This document shows positions 1-12,405 of a stretch of 64,000 nt of DNA, one piece after another; the stretch's first letter is position 1; the number at the start of each line of letters is the position of its first letter. The position numbers and the translations under genes were made by a program. Origin of the DNA: Cetorhinus maximus (taxonomy: Eukaryota); the NCBI RefSeq assembly GCF_964194155.1, contig NC_135881.1, forward strand, positions 176,080,001 through 176,144,000, written 5' to 3'. The notes below the pieces were generated by a model. The model was not told the origin of the DNA. It searched no databases and saw nothing but the letters and a program-made list of their open reading frames with translations.

Positions 1-73
1 AACTAGAAAGAATTTTTTTTTTTTTAAATGGGAGCCAAGGCAGCCAGCCAGCTATTATTTACATTAAGATTAA

Positions 74-944
74 GGTCCAGATTTTCATTCCCAGACTGGG
101 GGCGCAGAGATGGGAGAAATCCTGACCCTGCAAACACAACCTTTAAAAATGGCCACCTGCATTTGGGATTTCCGTTTCGGGTGGCAGGCTGGATTAAAAG
201 TCGGCCACACCCACGATGAGCACGGAAGCTGCCGGGTGCAGAGGCAGGCTGGGTGGAAGGCCTGCCACTGTACTGAATTACTTTTTTTTAAAAAATACCA
301 CCTATGCCAACCCATGCCTCTCTGCTCACCCCCTGGCTCCTAATACCCCCTATGCCCCCCATCTCATGGCCCTTTATAGCCTCTATGCCAACTTAGAGCC
401 AACCAATGCCCCCGCCAACCACCCTTTGCCCTTACCCCCTCCATGCCAACTCACCTAGTATCCTTTGACAGTTCCAATGACCTTCCTAAGATAAAAGTAA
501 AATACTGCGGATGCTGGAAATCTGAATCAAAAACAGAAAATGCTGGAAAAACTCAGCAGGTCTGACAGCATCTGTGGAGAGAGAGAGAGAGAGTTAACAG
601 TTGACCCTCCGGGTCATACAGAATCGAAGCATTAACTCTGTTTCTCTCTCCACAGATGCTATCAGACCTGCTGAGTTTTTCCAGCATTTTCTGTTTATGT
701 TCCATGAAACACTGATCTCCTCTTACCTAGTCTACTCTGCACACTCCGGGTTTCACATTCCTGGCCTACCAAAATCCCACTTTGATGATGATTTAAGTGG
801 CCAGCGAACTCCATGGTCCGACCCCACTCCCGCACCCGTGATAATGGAACATGCCATATTTGCGGGTGGGACTTAGAATTCCTAGCCATTCCAGGGACAT
901 TTGCCAGAAAGGAGAGGCTCTCCGCCATGGTGAAAATCGGAGCC
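74..944. mobile_element. Non-autonomous PIF/Harbinger-like MITE, interrupted by a Penelope-type insertion
   Basis: Imperfect TIRs GGTCCAGATTTTCA (74) and TGAAAATCGGAGCC (931-944); TAA on both flanks (71-73, 945-947) as a 3-bp TSD; no transposase ORF. Confidence 0.65.
490..696. mobile_element. Penelope-like element terminal fragment, inverted (fold-back) pair
   Basis: 531-597 is the near-perfect reverse complement of 632-696 (TGCTGGAAAAACTCAGCAGGTCTGACAGCATCTGTGGAGAG core); the same unit recurs at 2009, 13755 and 55866. Confidence 0.65.
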
Positions 945-2008
945 TAAAAATTAATTTTATAAATTTCAAGGCACTTCTATGGGTTTCTTTTTTAATTACT
1001 TCTCACCTCTTGCAGTGTATTTGAGAAGGAAACAGTACAAGACTACCTCTTTCAATAAGTTCACATCTAATTTATACTATACAGTTTGCATTGATACAAA
1101 GCTAAAACCATTTCACATCAACTTGATTCTAGTTTACAGTCTCATATAGCCCTGAAGAAAATTTACTCAAGGAGATTTCATTCAAAACATTTCCAGGAAA
1201 AGAAAAATGCACCATTCAGTCAAAGGTCATAGCTTTTCATATTTTATAAATTATAGGATATAACTGACATGACTGTAGAGATGCACAATTTTAAGAATAA
1301 TGCTTTTGTGAGAGTTGGTTTTGTAAACAGTTACACAGCATGAAATCCTTTAGCAGTTTTCAGACGTACACAGTGATTTATTCAAACTTCCATGCATTGC
1401 AAAAATAGGACCTGTCATGGGTATCTGTTAATGTATAAAACTCACATCAACAACAGCATAATTAAGTGATGAACTTTATCCCACCTGGTCACTGCATGCA
1501 CTACTGCTGGGAGCTTCAGGCAATTCTCTTAATTAGACATCACTATGAGAATTACAAGTAATCTTGAATGTGAATTAATCAAAATGGAAAAATATACTTT
1601 TGTTAAGCCCTGATTTTTTTTTAAACTTCCTAAATTCTCATCACCTTCCAACTACAGTCTACTCGTCCCAAAAGTTGTTGGATCCAAATCATCTGATTCA
1701 GTTAATTCTTAAAACACAATACTTCCACTTTGTTGCGTTGTTTACATTGTTGTATTCAGTGCAAAATTAATTTTGAACTACCAAGAACAGGCTACACTGA
1801 TATCTATCATTACTGTTACCGACTCACCACTCGATTTTTCTGTGCGGTGGAGCATACTTGGAAGATAAAGGTTTTAATTGCACCCGTTTGTTTTACCATT
1901 AAAAAAATGTAACTTTTTTTTGGCAGTGAAATTGATTCTGAATTTGATCCCATTTCATAGCAACGAATAACCGCTATCGATGATAATCCCTCAACAATGT
2001 ATTTTAAA

Positions 2009-2107
2009 GGGTCATGAGGACTCGAAACGTCAACTGTACTCTTCTCCGCCGATGCTGCCAGACCTGCTGAGTTTTTCCAGGTATTTCTGTTTCTGTTTTT
2101 ATTTTGT
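2009..2107 (+). mobile_element. Short Penelope-type terminal insertion with partial hammerhead motif
   Basis: 13-bp TSD AATGTATTTTAAA (1996-2008, 2108-2120); starts GGGTC-ATGAG-GACTC-GAAAC-GTC. Confidence 0.7.
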
Positions 2108-3006
2108 AATGTATTTTAAAAGACATGGGGGATAATGCCATTTTTGGTATTCCACAAAATGACAACCCTGGGACTGGTTTGTCCATGCAGAATTCTCTCC
2201 ACACCTTTCAAAGCAGGAAAGGCAAGAGTAGTCGGGAGGGGAAGGAAAGATATCAATCATGCAACAAGTCTTCTGTAACAAAAATGCTTTTAGTAAAAGT
2301 TTCTTATTGTGTAAACAGTGCATTCATGGATAAATATGAAAAGTTATTTGCAACAATGCATTTACTGAATATCCAAAATTAATTTTGCATTGAATAAAAC
2401 AATGTAAATAATACAAAAAAGTGGAAGTTTAGTGCTTTAGGAATTAATTGATCAGATAATTTGAATCTAGCAACTTTGAGATGAGTACACTGTAATTGGA
2501 AGGTGATGAGAATTTGGGAATTTTTTTTAAAAACATGACTGAACAAAAATATAATTTTTCCATTAGGTCATTTTGATGAATTAACGTTCAAAATTACCTG
2601 TAATTCTAATACCGATGTGTAATTAAGAGAGAATTGTCTGAAGATTCCGGCAATTGTGCATCCAGTGACCAAACAGAATAAAATTCATCACTTAATTATG
2701 TTGGTGTTTATGTGAGTTTTATACTTTAATAGATGTCAGTAACAGGTCCTTTTTTCTGCAATGCATCGAAGGTTGGATAAATCAGGGTGTACTTCTGAAA
2801 ACTGCTAAAGGAATTCATGCTGTGTAACAGTTTACAAACACAGCTCATTTTTAAAAATCGGGTAATCACTGAATACTGTGCGTTCACTAGATGCATTGAT
2901 AAATACATGTAGGAATCCGAATATATCTGTTTAACTCCAATTATACTGATTTATGTTTAAATAGGTGTATATAATTATTAATCATAACATGTTGCTGCAC
3001 ACTCAC

Positions 3007-3293
3007 TCGAGTTTTTTGAACCTCTCCTTGCCTCCTGCCACGTACTGTTTGCCGGTGTCGAGCTCCTCCAGCTGGTAGACGCGGTGGCCCTGCTGCGGGG
3101 TGTAAATGTTACGGACGGCCCCGAACGGCGCCTCCAGACCGTTGGTCACCTCTTTCAGGAAAGCTTCAAAGGTCGAGATCTGGCGCTCGTTGATCACGAA
3201 CTTTCTACCGGCGTAAAAGGGGTCCCCGTTGCGGTAAACCCGCACACACTTCACCGCCGGCTGCGCCAGGAAAGTTGGCTTGGTCGTTGCCAT
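3007..3293 (-). CDS. DCDC2: Doublecortin domain-containing protein 2, first coding exon (DCX domain 1); gene continues leftwards
   Basis: MATTKPTFLAQPAVKCVRVYRNGDPFYAGRKFV...APFGAVRNIYTP...YVAGGKERFKKL resembles the DCDC2 N-terminal DCX domain; phase-2 donor GA|GTGAGT at 3006-3001; head-to-head with MRS2 as in human. Confidence 0.95.
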
Positions 3294-3478
3294 GGGGGGG
3301 TGGGTGGGGGGGGGGGGAGAAGCGATTCGTTTAAAATAACATTTAAATAAAATAAACGCTTACATTTGGAACAGTGCACTCTCTCCTCAAAGTGCCTCAG
3401 AATTGGCTTCAGTCAACACACCGTCGGACAGTAACTGTAGCCACTGCAGGCAGCGGCTTTGAACTGTAACATGCTGCG

Positions 3479-3583
3479 GTATCCCGGGAAACTTTGTATT
3501 CGTTCCATCGTCTCCATGGCAACAGTCTGGTGGGCGGGGATAGGAACCAGGTGCACGTGCGTTAGAGAACCCGGCCCCGCCCC
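3479..3583 (-). promoter_or_regulatory. DCDC2 proximal promoter: two RFX X-box-like motifs, E-box, GC box
   Basis: GTATCCCGGGAAAC (3479-3492), GTCTCCATGGCAAC (3510-3523), CACGTG (3554-3559) and GGCCCCGCCCC (3573-3583) in CpG-rich DNA 190-290 bp upstream of the ATG. Confidence 0.7.
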
Positions 3584-4379
3584 ATCCATGTGGCTCAGGT
3601 TACATCTGAATTGTGTTCCCACATTGTGGAGCTTTGCCGTGTCGCAGCCCCTTTAAAAACGCACCTGTGTGTTATTCAAATAAGAGCTCCATGAAAAGAC
3701 CGCTTGGACTTTAACGCTGTGTCCGCATCTCATCGAGCGCATCTAAGCTGCACATAGATTGAGGCTGACAGTCATCCCTAAGGCGACGGGGATAGTGGCT
3801 GCTGTATTGAAGGGAACTGTCTAACCAGCACCACAAACCGCTGGAGGTCAGGATCACATACCAGCAAGCTGCAGAGTGGCCTGCCCATTGCCAGTCATGG
3901 CAAAATCCCATGGAAAGCACGGTGAACGAGTCACTCTGGCTAGGGCTCCATCGCAAGTCGCCTCGTTTCTGGTCACCACTTTGGTTTAAGACTAAAGTGC
4001 TTAATCAGCCATACTCCCAGGCTCATCGTTTATCGCTGCAGCAACTTTGCCCATTGCCACTGTGAAGTTGAACTTGGGTAATTCAGTAGGGTCTGGTACC
4101 TGAACTGTAAATGAGGCATTGACCTGTTTTAGAATAGGTGAATCATACAACACAGAAATAGGCATTCGACTCATCCTGCCAAAGCTGGTTCTTCAAAAGA
4201 TCTATCATCTTAAGTTCCACACCCCTGCTCTTTTCCTATAGCCCTTTCTAAGTGTTTATCCAAATACTATTGAATCTACTAAACTGAAGAAGATCTAAGG
4301 CTGCACCCCTGAGACTAATCAGGAAAGTAGGGGTGCCAGAATTGGCAAACAGGCTTAGAGATTTTTTTAACTAAATACA

Positions 4380-4688
4380 TCTCCTCCTTCTTCAGGCACT
4401 ATGCCCTAACAGAGCATTGGCGACCATGGACTTCCATTGGATTGGTCCATAATTATGCTTGGCAAAGTACTGCAGTGGTTTGCCATTGCCTTCGACAGTA
4501 TGGCTGACCAGGAAACTCTCCCACTCTTACCACCTGCCATCAGGCATATTGGAATGATTTGCAGGCTGATGATCAACTAGTTCGGTCACATTATGAACGC
4601 ACCTCCCATGGCCATCAAGTCCTGGAATGGGACTTGAACCTGGAGCTTCTGGCCCAGAGGTAGAGAAGCTACCTCTTGTGCCTCAAGA
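4380..4688 (-). mobile_element. tRNA-derived SINE with RTE-like tail
   Basis: 11-bp TSD AACTAAATACA (4369-4379, 4689-4699); B-box-like GGTTCAAGTCC on the minus strand near 4630-4640; GGTTTGCCATTGCCTTC motif; GAA/GGA-type tail. Confidence 0.6.
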
Positions 4689-5087
4689 AACTAAATACAC
4701 TGAAAATATAATTCTAAGGCCACGCTAATGATTTACTGCAAAGGATGATCACACTTTATATGCAATATCCTTACAAAGAGTTCTAAATTCCAACAATTAA
4801 CAGGGAGTGTAATTTTCCATGTTCAACAACATAATTTAAGAATGGGCAATAAATGTCCACATGCCATGAACAAATGAAAAAAAACCCAGTATTGGTGCTG
4901 TCCTCTCGAGTAGAGCATGTGGAACGTATTGCCAGCTGAAGGCACTGAAGAAGGACCACCTAACCAAACAGAAGGTCTCTGTGGGAGAGCAGTCATTTAA
5001 GAATCATCTGTGTCAAAGCTCCTAGTGATTAAGGTTCTGAGGCTACATATATTCCATCCTACAAACTCATTTGAATTAATCTTGATG

Positions 5088-5232
5088 TGCCATATAGTAT
5101 TCAGATCGGGTAGCCACCACAAATTCAATCCCAAGAAACATGATATATATTTGTAACTATGCCATATAGTATGCAGATCGGGTAGCCACCACAAATTCAA
5201 TCCCAAGAAACAGATGATATATATTTGTAACT
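5088..5232. repeat. Two-copy tandem duplication of a ~72-bp unit
   Basis: 5088-5158 and 5160-5232 differ by one substitution and a 2-nt indel. Confidence 0.9.
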
Positions 5233-5719
5233 TGGACTTGGGTGTGCAATGCACGATTTCAAAATTTGCCAGAAATGCAAAATTTGGAAGTATCATGAAC
5301 TGTGAGGAGAATAGCGATAGGCTTCAAGAAGACATAGGCTGTTGGAATGGATGGACACATGGCAGATGAAATTTAACACACGGCAGTATGAAGTGATACA
5401 TTTTGGAAGGAAGAACAAGGAGAGTCAATACAAAATAAAGGATACAATTCTAAAAGGGTATAGGAACAGAAACCTGAGGGTAAATGGACACAAGTCCTTG
5501 AAAGTGGCAGGACAGCTTGAGAAAGTGGTTAAAAAGGCATAAAGGATCTGGGCTTTATAAACAGAGGCATAGAGTACAAAAGCAAGAAAATTATGCTGAA
5601 ACTTTACAAAACACCGGTTTGACTACGATAAAAATATTGTGTCCAATTCTGCAAACGCATTTTAGGAAGGATGTGAAGGTTTTAAAGAGGGTGCAGAAAA
5701 AATTTATGAGAATGACCAT
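5233..5719 (+). mobile_element. CR1 LINE RT fragment, decayed
   Basis: Translations WMDTWQMKFN..YEVIHFGRKN and HFRKDVKVLKRVQKKFMRM are typical CR1 ORF2 C-terminal motifs. Confidence 0.85.
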
Positions 5720-6416
5720 GGGCTGAATTTTGCTGTGGGCTTTGGACCCTGATATTGGGACCAAATGGAGGTTTTGAAGTCACACTTACCAGGATCAAGA
5801 CTGGCAGACTTATCTTCCCAGAGGCAACCTCCCAGTGGCTGCCTACAAGCTTCCCTTCCCAATCAAAAGGCTGGCAAACCTAGAGTCTTGCCAGCCCCAT
5901 GGGGGAGCAGTGGACACTGCTGAGGCAGCTAGAAGACCACGATGGCACCTCAACATAAAAGGTGCCCTCCCTGGACCGCACATTATGGAATAAAAATCTG
6001 GGGTACAGACTGAAAGACTAAATCCCTCCAATTGATTGATCCCAACCATGACTGCAGCCTTTTATTTCCTTGTCCCCCTCAACAGCATGCAGCCTCCATC
6101 TCAGATGCCACACACCACCCCCCTGCCCCTTTTCCTTCCACAGGGAGGTTGTCTCCATTGGGCTGGCAGCTCCTGCATGCAGCCGGGGGCTGCTCCACCA
6201 CCAGTAAAACGGCAGACAGGCCACAAAAGTGCCAACTGGGGGCTTAACATTACGAATTGGCTGCCTGCCTCCAGCCTACCCCAATTAAAGTTCCCTGGCA
6301 GTGGGAATGGGTTTCCTAACACTAACCCTAACCCTCCCGACAAAACTTTCTGCTATTTTCCCAGCACCCCTCCTCCACTCCCAGCTCACCACCACAGGGC
6401 CAGGAATATTCAGCTC
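5720..6416. mobile_element. Harbinger-like MITE, older copy
   Basis: Starts GGGCTGAATTTTGC and ends GGAATATTCAGCTC, the same TIR type as 48136-48751; TSD not clear. Confidence 0.55.
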
Positions 6417-6529
6417 TGTGATTCTACATTGACTCCCAGTGGTTAGCCACTGCACTGTCTCTTCATTCTGAGTATCAGTGATGCAGAGCTTAGGGCAGAT
6501 AATAGAATATACACACATTACACTTAGAT

Positions 6530-6785
6530 ACATGGGAACACCACCAACTGGAAGTTCCCCTCCATGCCACTCACCATCCTGAGTTGGAAACATATTGTTG
6601 TTTCTTCACTGTAGCTGAGTCAAATCCTGGAACTCCCTTCCTAACAGCACTGTGGGTGTACCTACACCACAGGGACTGCAGAGGTTCAAGAAGACAGCTC
6701 ACCATCACCTTCTCAAGGGCAATTAAGGATGGGCAATAAATGCTGGCCTAACCAGCAATGCCCACATCACATGAATAAAAAATAA
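6530..6785 (+). mobile_element. 3' tail of CR1-superfamily LINE (same family as 12406-13725)
   Basis: Shared tail CTCAAGGGCAATTA.GGATGGGCAATAAATGCTGGCC...CCCACATC followed by an A-rich end. Confidence 0.75.
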
Positions 6786-8629
6786 GAAATGCTGGGTGGA
6801 GCACACTTGCACCTTGTCATGATAGAGAGAATAAAATGGGTTTATTCCATTTCAGCTCTGTCCTGAGAATTAACTTGTAATGGCACTGAGTTAGACAGCA
6901 GCAATTGGCATCCATGGAAGCTGTGGAACGGCAGAGGGTAATGGTGGAGAAAGAGTACTAATCTATGCCACTGCATATGTGGGCTTATGTTTTAGGCAGA
7001 CAGGAAGATCTTATCAATTATAGTCTGTTTTGACTCCTGACTTCAGCTGAGGTTCAGCAGATATGTCGTCAGGCAGCAGTCCTGCTTTGGTGAAAGGTGC
7101 AGCTAGATTTATTCTTCCATCTTCCCTATGCTATTTCATTTTGTGTGGTGAAGGTGTGTAATATGCAACAGATTGCAATGAGATTTTGAGACATTGTTGA
7201 AGCTATACTACAATATTCCAGCAAAGCTTCTTTTTATGCATTGGTACTTTTGTTAATATATTCCAATGGTATATTCATTATGATATTCGTCACCAAGAAT
7301 GTGTCACTACATCACTATTCAACTTTCATCCCTGATAACCACATCATTTATATTGGTTAACTTTCCTTTTTGTCCCAATAAAATGTTATTATTTTTAACT
7401 TTCAGATAAGTAACCCATTTAAGATCTTGTCAGACAGAACATGAATAACATATAACGAAGCTGTAACACTTATACTTACTAACCTAGTTGTGATATTGCA
7501 TCAATGGCAGTGTGATTAATCCTGTACACAATTAATCCTCTGCTCTCAATATAATACTGTTAATCTCTTAACTGTTTTTGTCAGCAAATCTCAATAATGT
7601 GGACATAATTGGCTGTGACATAATTATTTCAAGCATAAAAATTAAACTTTGTTAATCTAAATTCATTGAAGATGTACTTAATGCTAAAAAAATCAAGTAA
7701 CAAATACTTAGAACTTATAATAATTTATAATTTTAAAATAATTTATACAGCTGACATTTTGATAGATTTATGTTCTCACACTTGTTCTGAATGGCAGAGT
7801 ATTGAGATAAAAGGAATGGATTTACCATCAAATTTATACCCTTGTCTAAATGACTGCTTGATTAAAACAACTAATGTTAAGAAATATCCTTTTAAAATAT
7901 TTTATTTTTAAGGAGAAGTTTGCATGTGGGACAATATATTTTCAATGACTCCGAAAGACTATCTTCCACCAGGGGTATAATCAGGAAAATGTGCTCAAAT
8001 TGCCTTATAAATTATGTTGGTTTTGCAGAGATGTACTTACGCCCAAATTTCCACTCAAGCTGATTTGCATTAGTCTGAAAATAAAATCTGCCATGAATCA
8101 GCAGCATTTTCAACTGTAAATAATTATCAACTGGAACATGGCCAGTGGGTCCTCAAGATTGCCGATTTAAATGCACTTAAACTACAAGTAATTGTTACAG
8201 CTAAAGATGCAGGTCAATCAGTGGTTTCAAATGACTGCTGGTCACAGCTCTTCTGTACCAAGAATAGATCAACTGACTGAATTTGAACTCATTTAAACTG
8301 AATTTAAAGTAATTATAACATCAGTATGAGAAACAGACCTGAGTGAAGCTTCAATTGACCATTGGTCACTGCAGCTGCAGATTATTACTGATGTATTGAT
8401 GTGACCACAGATGCCTGTGTATATGAAATTCTGGGTGCAATATGATGAACATGGCATAGTCAATGGAAATCTGCCACCCTGATTTTGGGGACATGGCCAG
8501 TTTTGTGGATGGGAAATGCTTTGGGCATGTTGACTTTTAAACCAACATAAAAGATCGAGGAAACTTGAGTGTAAATTGTATGGGTGTAACTCGCTTATGG
8601 GGTAGATACTGATATTGTTTCCCCCGGCT

Positions 8630-8930
8630 GGGGAACAAGGCGGCACAGTTTCAGGATAAGGGGCCAATCATTTAGGATTGAAATGAGGATAAATTTCTTC
8701 ACTCAATGAGTTGTGAATATTTGGAATTCTCTACCCCACAGGGTTGTGAATGTGACATCATTGAATATATTTAAAGCTGAGATAAACAGATCTTTGGTCT
8801 CTCAGGGAATTAAGGGACATGGAAAGCAAGCAGCAAAGTAGAGTTGAAGCCCAAGATCATATTGAACAATGGAGCAAGCTCAACAAGCCGTATGATGATC
8901 TTCTGTTCCTATTTCTCCTGTTCTTATGTT
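8630..8930 (+). mobile_element. CR1 LINE 3' end fragment
   Basis: CR1-type 3' region ending in CTGTTCCTATTTCTCCTGTTCTTATGTT. Confidence 0.65.
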
Positions 8931-9466
8931 TCACACTCCACAGTCTTTTGAGCTATTTCAGCCAATTCCATCCAGATTACATGGATATCTAGATGGAAGC
9001 CAAGTGGAAACTCCAGGTCTTTGTTTTCTACTCACTTCTGGCTTGACTAGGTAATCATTTCAGTTCAGAAATTAATGCCGGTGATATGAGAGGCCAAACA
9101 CACCATACATGTCATATATTTATCCAGTTTTGAGTACAGGTATTTTAAAATAGCCTACCAATATAGCAGACAAAAGGCTATCAGGATCAATGTCAAGTCA
9201 ACAAATTAAATAGTCGGGCACAATGGTTAGCCTGCCTGATTCATGGCGTTGCTAATTTTCCTGGCTTAGTAGTTAATAATGGAAATTGGGAAAGTTGTGA
9301 ATTGGGTACGCTACCTCTGCTCTCAATTGAACAAATTGGTCACCCCTTAAACACCAACAATAATTTCTAGGCTTTAGTAACTATTTTCCCCACAGCCACT
9401 AGCAGAACAATGTTCTACCTGGCACCAATAGAAGATTTCATCAGTGAATTAAGCTCTCAAGGAAAT

Positions 9467-10480
9467 AAAGAACTTGCATTTAGAAAGTGCCTTTCATGGC
9501 ATTAGGACATCCAAAAGAACTCTGAATACTGGACCTTGCTGTAGTGCAATCCACTTTAGCATAGAACTTGGTATAACGCAGGTCTGTCTTGGACCTCAAA
9601 CCTACAATGACAGATAATTAAATGCACTTTTTTCTCCATAAAAGTTGAGGCTTGTTCATCAAATATCAAAGTGATGAAAACAAATTGGTGAATTTTAAAT
9701 CTGTGCAAAACAATGGCAGCGTGAATGTTCATAATTATTTATAAATATATAGCTAAAGTTGTGGCAGATAGATACTTTATAGTTGGCAGAATTGAAGATA
9801 AATTTGTGCACTTGACACTTCATTCAGCGGCACTTGAGATAAATTTTCTTAAGGACATGAAAGAAAAATGCAGTTGCTAAACTATCAACTGAATTAAATT
9901 ATTGAAGTATTGTTTAAAAACTGCCTTATTGCATAAATAATAAAACTTCGAAGCTGAACTCCTTAGAACCCTGTTAAATATTCTAAGAGAGCAGAAGTAG
10001 TTTTGAAAATCACTTAACAGCCGCTAGTTTGTTGAACTGCAGTTATGCATTATTCTGGTTACTGAATTGACGCTTTTGAAAGGGCCTCATTATAACGTGG
10101 TCTCAACTATAATGCAATCTCAAAATATGGACCCCCATGGGCCATGTTATAGATTGGGGTGGGGGGTGGTCCCAGTGTAGCCAATTTAATACTTTTGAAA
10201 TGTAGTCACCATTGATATGTAGGAAACACAGCAGCTATACACAACCCACAAACACCAATCCATTTTCTAGTGATGTTGATAAATTTTGGCCAGCACATTG
10301 AAGAGAATGCCCCTGCTGTTCTTCAAAGTAGTTCTAAAGGAACTTTTACATACACCTGCTTGGGCAAACTAGGCGTTGGTTTAATGTCTCATCCAAAAGA
10401 TGGCACCTCCACTGTACAACAGTCCCTCACTACTGCATTGGAGTGTCAGCCTAAATTGTGTGTTCAAGTCTCCCAAGTGA
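9467..10480 (-). mobile_element. Deu-domain-type SINE split by a DNA-transposon insertion
   Basis: SINE tail at 9467-9526 (AAAGAACTTGCATTT...GGACATCCAAAAG) resumes at ~10179 (GCCAAT...TTTTGAAATGTAGTCAC), as in uninterrupted copies at 25860 and 29230. Confidence 0.6.
9527..10178. mobile_element. Tc1/mariner (pogo/Tigger-like) non-autonomous DNA transposon
   Basis: Degenerate TIRs TACTGGACC and GGTCCCAGTGTA with TA flanks; repeated TATAACGYGG motifs; interrupts a SINE. Confidence 0.45.
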
Positions 10481-11299
10481 TGAAAAATCTGCATCCCATT
10501 ATTCACTTCCTTAACTACTGTAATTCATGTTGAAATATTGGTTAATTATGAACTACCATGATCTTGTCTTGCATCATATACAGATATAAAATGGTTTCAT
10601 GCCCTTTAAGCTAACCACTACAACCAAATGCACAGACCTAATCTTACCTTTGCTTCTTGGTATAATTTTAGTATCAGCCATTCTTGCTAGAACAAATATT
10701 GGAAACCCACCAAAGCAGTTGTGCTCAATGATGTTTCCAAGTAGGAATTTTGTTCAAGTTTTTAATGCAGCATGCATTGCAAATGAATATTAAAGCAAAA
10801 AAACAAAACACACATCAAATTATATACATATCATTATAGATCTGAATAAAAATACATAGCAAATCTATTTTGGTGACAAATATGCATACCGTTTATCATC
10901 TCTTGCCATTTGCTCTGTATAGTACGAATGTAAACACCTTTGTGATTAGAGTCATTTAAGAACATAATTAGCAGTTCAATGTTAAAAAGTACACTCATTT
11001 ACAATTTTCTGTATCAAATGGCAGCTAGCGTTAGCACTCTGAAACATGATGGCAGACACATAGCCTCCACTCTGATTGCTTGCAATGGATCTGAAACACT
11101 ATTGATATGGCTGCAGTTCCCAAGGAGATAGCCTTGTGCTACAGTGAGATACAATTGCCTATGTGCAGGACAGGGGGTGGACATCTGCCTCATCAGCTTG
11201 TACTAGAAGAAGACATTTGACAGAATATTGCACACCTATATGATGCTCTCTAAAATGAGGTTTGAGGAGGGAGTCCGCAATTGGACCCAGATGCAGTAT

Positions 11300-12070
11300 A
11301 CAAACATCAGTAATGCAATTTCAATCAATAGGTGGGAATCGGGAAAGCTTTCCGATCTAATCTGGAATCAGACAGGACTGTCCTCTCTCCCATATTGTTC
11401 ATGTGCTTTATTGAACCTTATGCCTCATGAAGGATGCAGATATGAGGGTTGACAATTCCAAGCAGTGGTGGCACTCAGGTCAAAGCCTCCCTGAACATGG
11501 ACAATATCCCCATCTTCTGCTCGGTTCCATTGTCAGTTCACAGACTGATAAGCATCTTCAGGCAGTTTGAACTGGCTTCAGGAGCCAAAGCAAATTGAGG
11601 CAAGAGTGAGGCAATGTTCTCTGGGAACTAGGTCAACAGATCCTTTTACCCTTCACCATCAGATCAGACTACCTTAAGGTGCTGAGTATTTGGTTCAGAG
11701 GGACCAGGGAGTGTGCCAAAGACTGGAAGGAGAGTTTAGCCATGGTGAAATGGAAACTTCCTGCACACTCAAAGTCTCACTGCCTCTACATGGTGGAGAG
11801 GAGACCGCCGCACATCTCCTTCTGGAATGTACTTTTGCAAGACAGATCTGGAAAGAGATGAAGTGGATTTAGTTGATGCTGATTCCAAGCAGCTCCGTAA
11901 TACAGGACACAATGCTCCCTAGGCTGTTCCCAGGGATGCACACTGAGATAAACATCAACTGCTGCTGGAGGATAATCAACTTGATAGAAAGAACTTCTTG
12001 GGTCTCCACAAAACTGCAAAGAGCTGTTGACAACCAAGTGTTGCAGACTAGCACATTCCAAGGTCCAGGA
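11300..12070 (+). mobile_element. Tx1/L1-clade LINE ORF2 C-terminal fragment
   Basis: GGEETAAHLLLECTFARQIW (zinc-finger half) followed by LFPGMHTEININCCWRIIN; left boundary approximate. Confidence 0.6.
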
Positions 12071-12405
12071 CTTTGTGTCAGCTGTGGCTCAGCTAGTAGC
12101 GCTCTCACCTCTGAATTAGAAGATTGTGGGTTCAAAACCCAACTCCAGAGATACTCTTGGTGCAGTATTGTGAGGGTGTGCTGCACTGCAGAGGTGCCCA
12201 TTTTTGGATGAGATGTTAAACTGATGCTCTGTCTATTCTTTCAGTTGGACATAAAAGATCCTATGGCGCTATTTGAAAGACCAGGAGAGTTCTTTCTGGT
12301 CAATACTTATCATTCAACTAACACCTAAAAATAGATTATTTGGCTATTATCACATTCCTATTTGTGGGAGCTTGCTGTGACAAATTGGCTATCATGTTCC
12401 ATGCA

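Noticed and set aside
965-1020. Minus-strand LKKKPIEVP resembling DCDC2 exon 2
   Set aside because: Flanked by in-frame stops, with no suitable AG/GT in the required phase; probably chance.
1828-1856. Possible 29-nt minus-strand micro-exon (aag|...|gtgagt) for DCDC2
   Set aside because: No similarity to the expected exon 2 peptide; splice-like motifs alone are insufficient.
3359-3364. Minus-strand GTAAGC donor suggesting a 5' UTR intron in DCDC2
   Set aside because: No AG acceptor between it and the ATG.
12075-12150. tRNA gene (A- and B-box-like motifs; also near 4630 and 63290)
   Set aside because: These are SINE heads continuous with SINE bodies; no cloverleaf.
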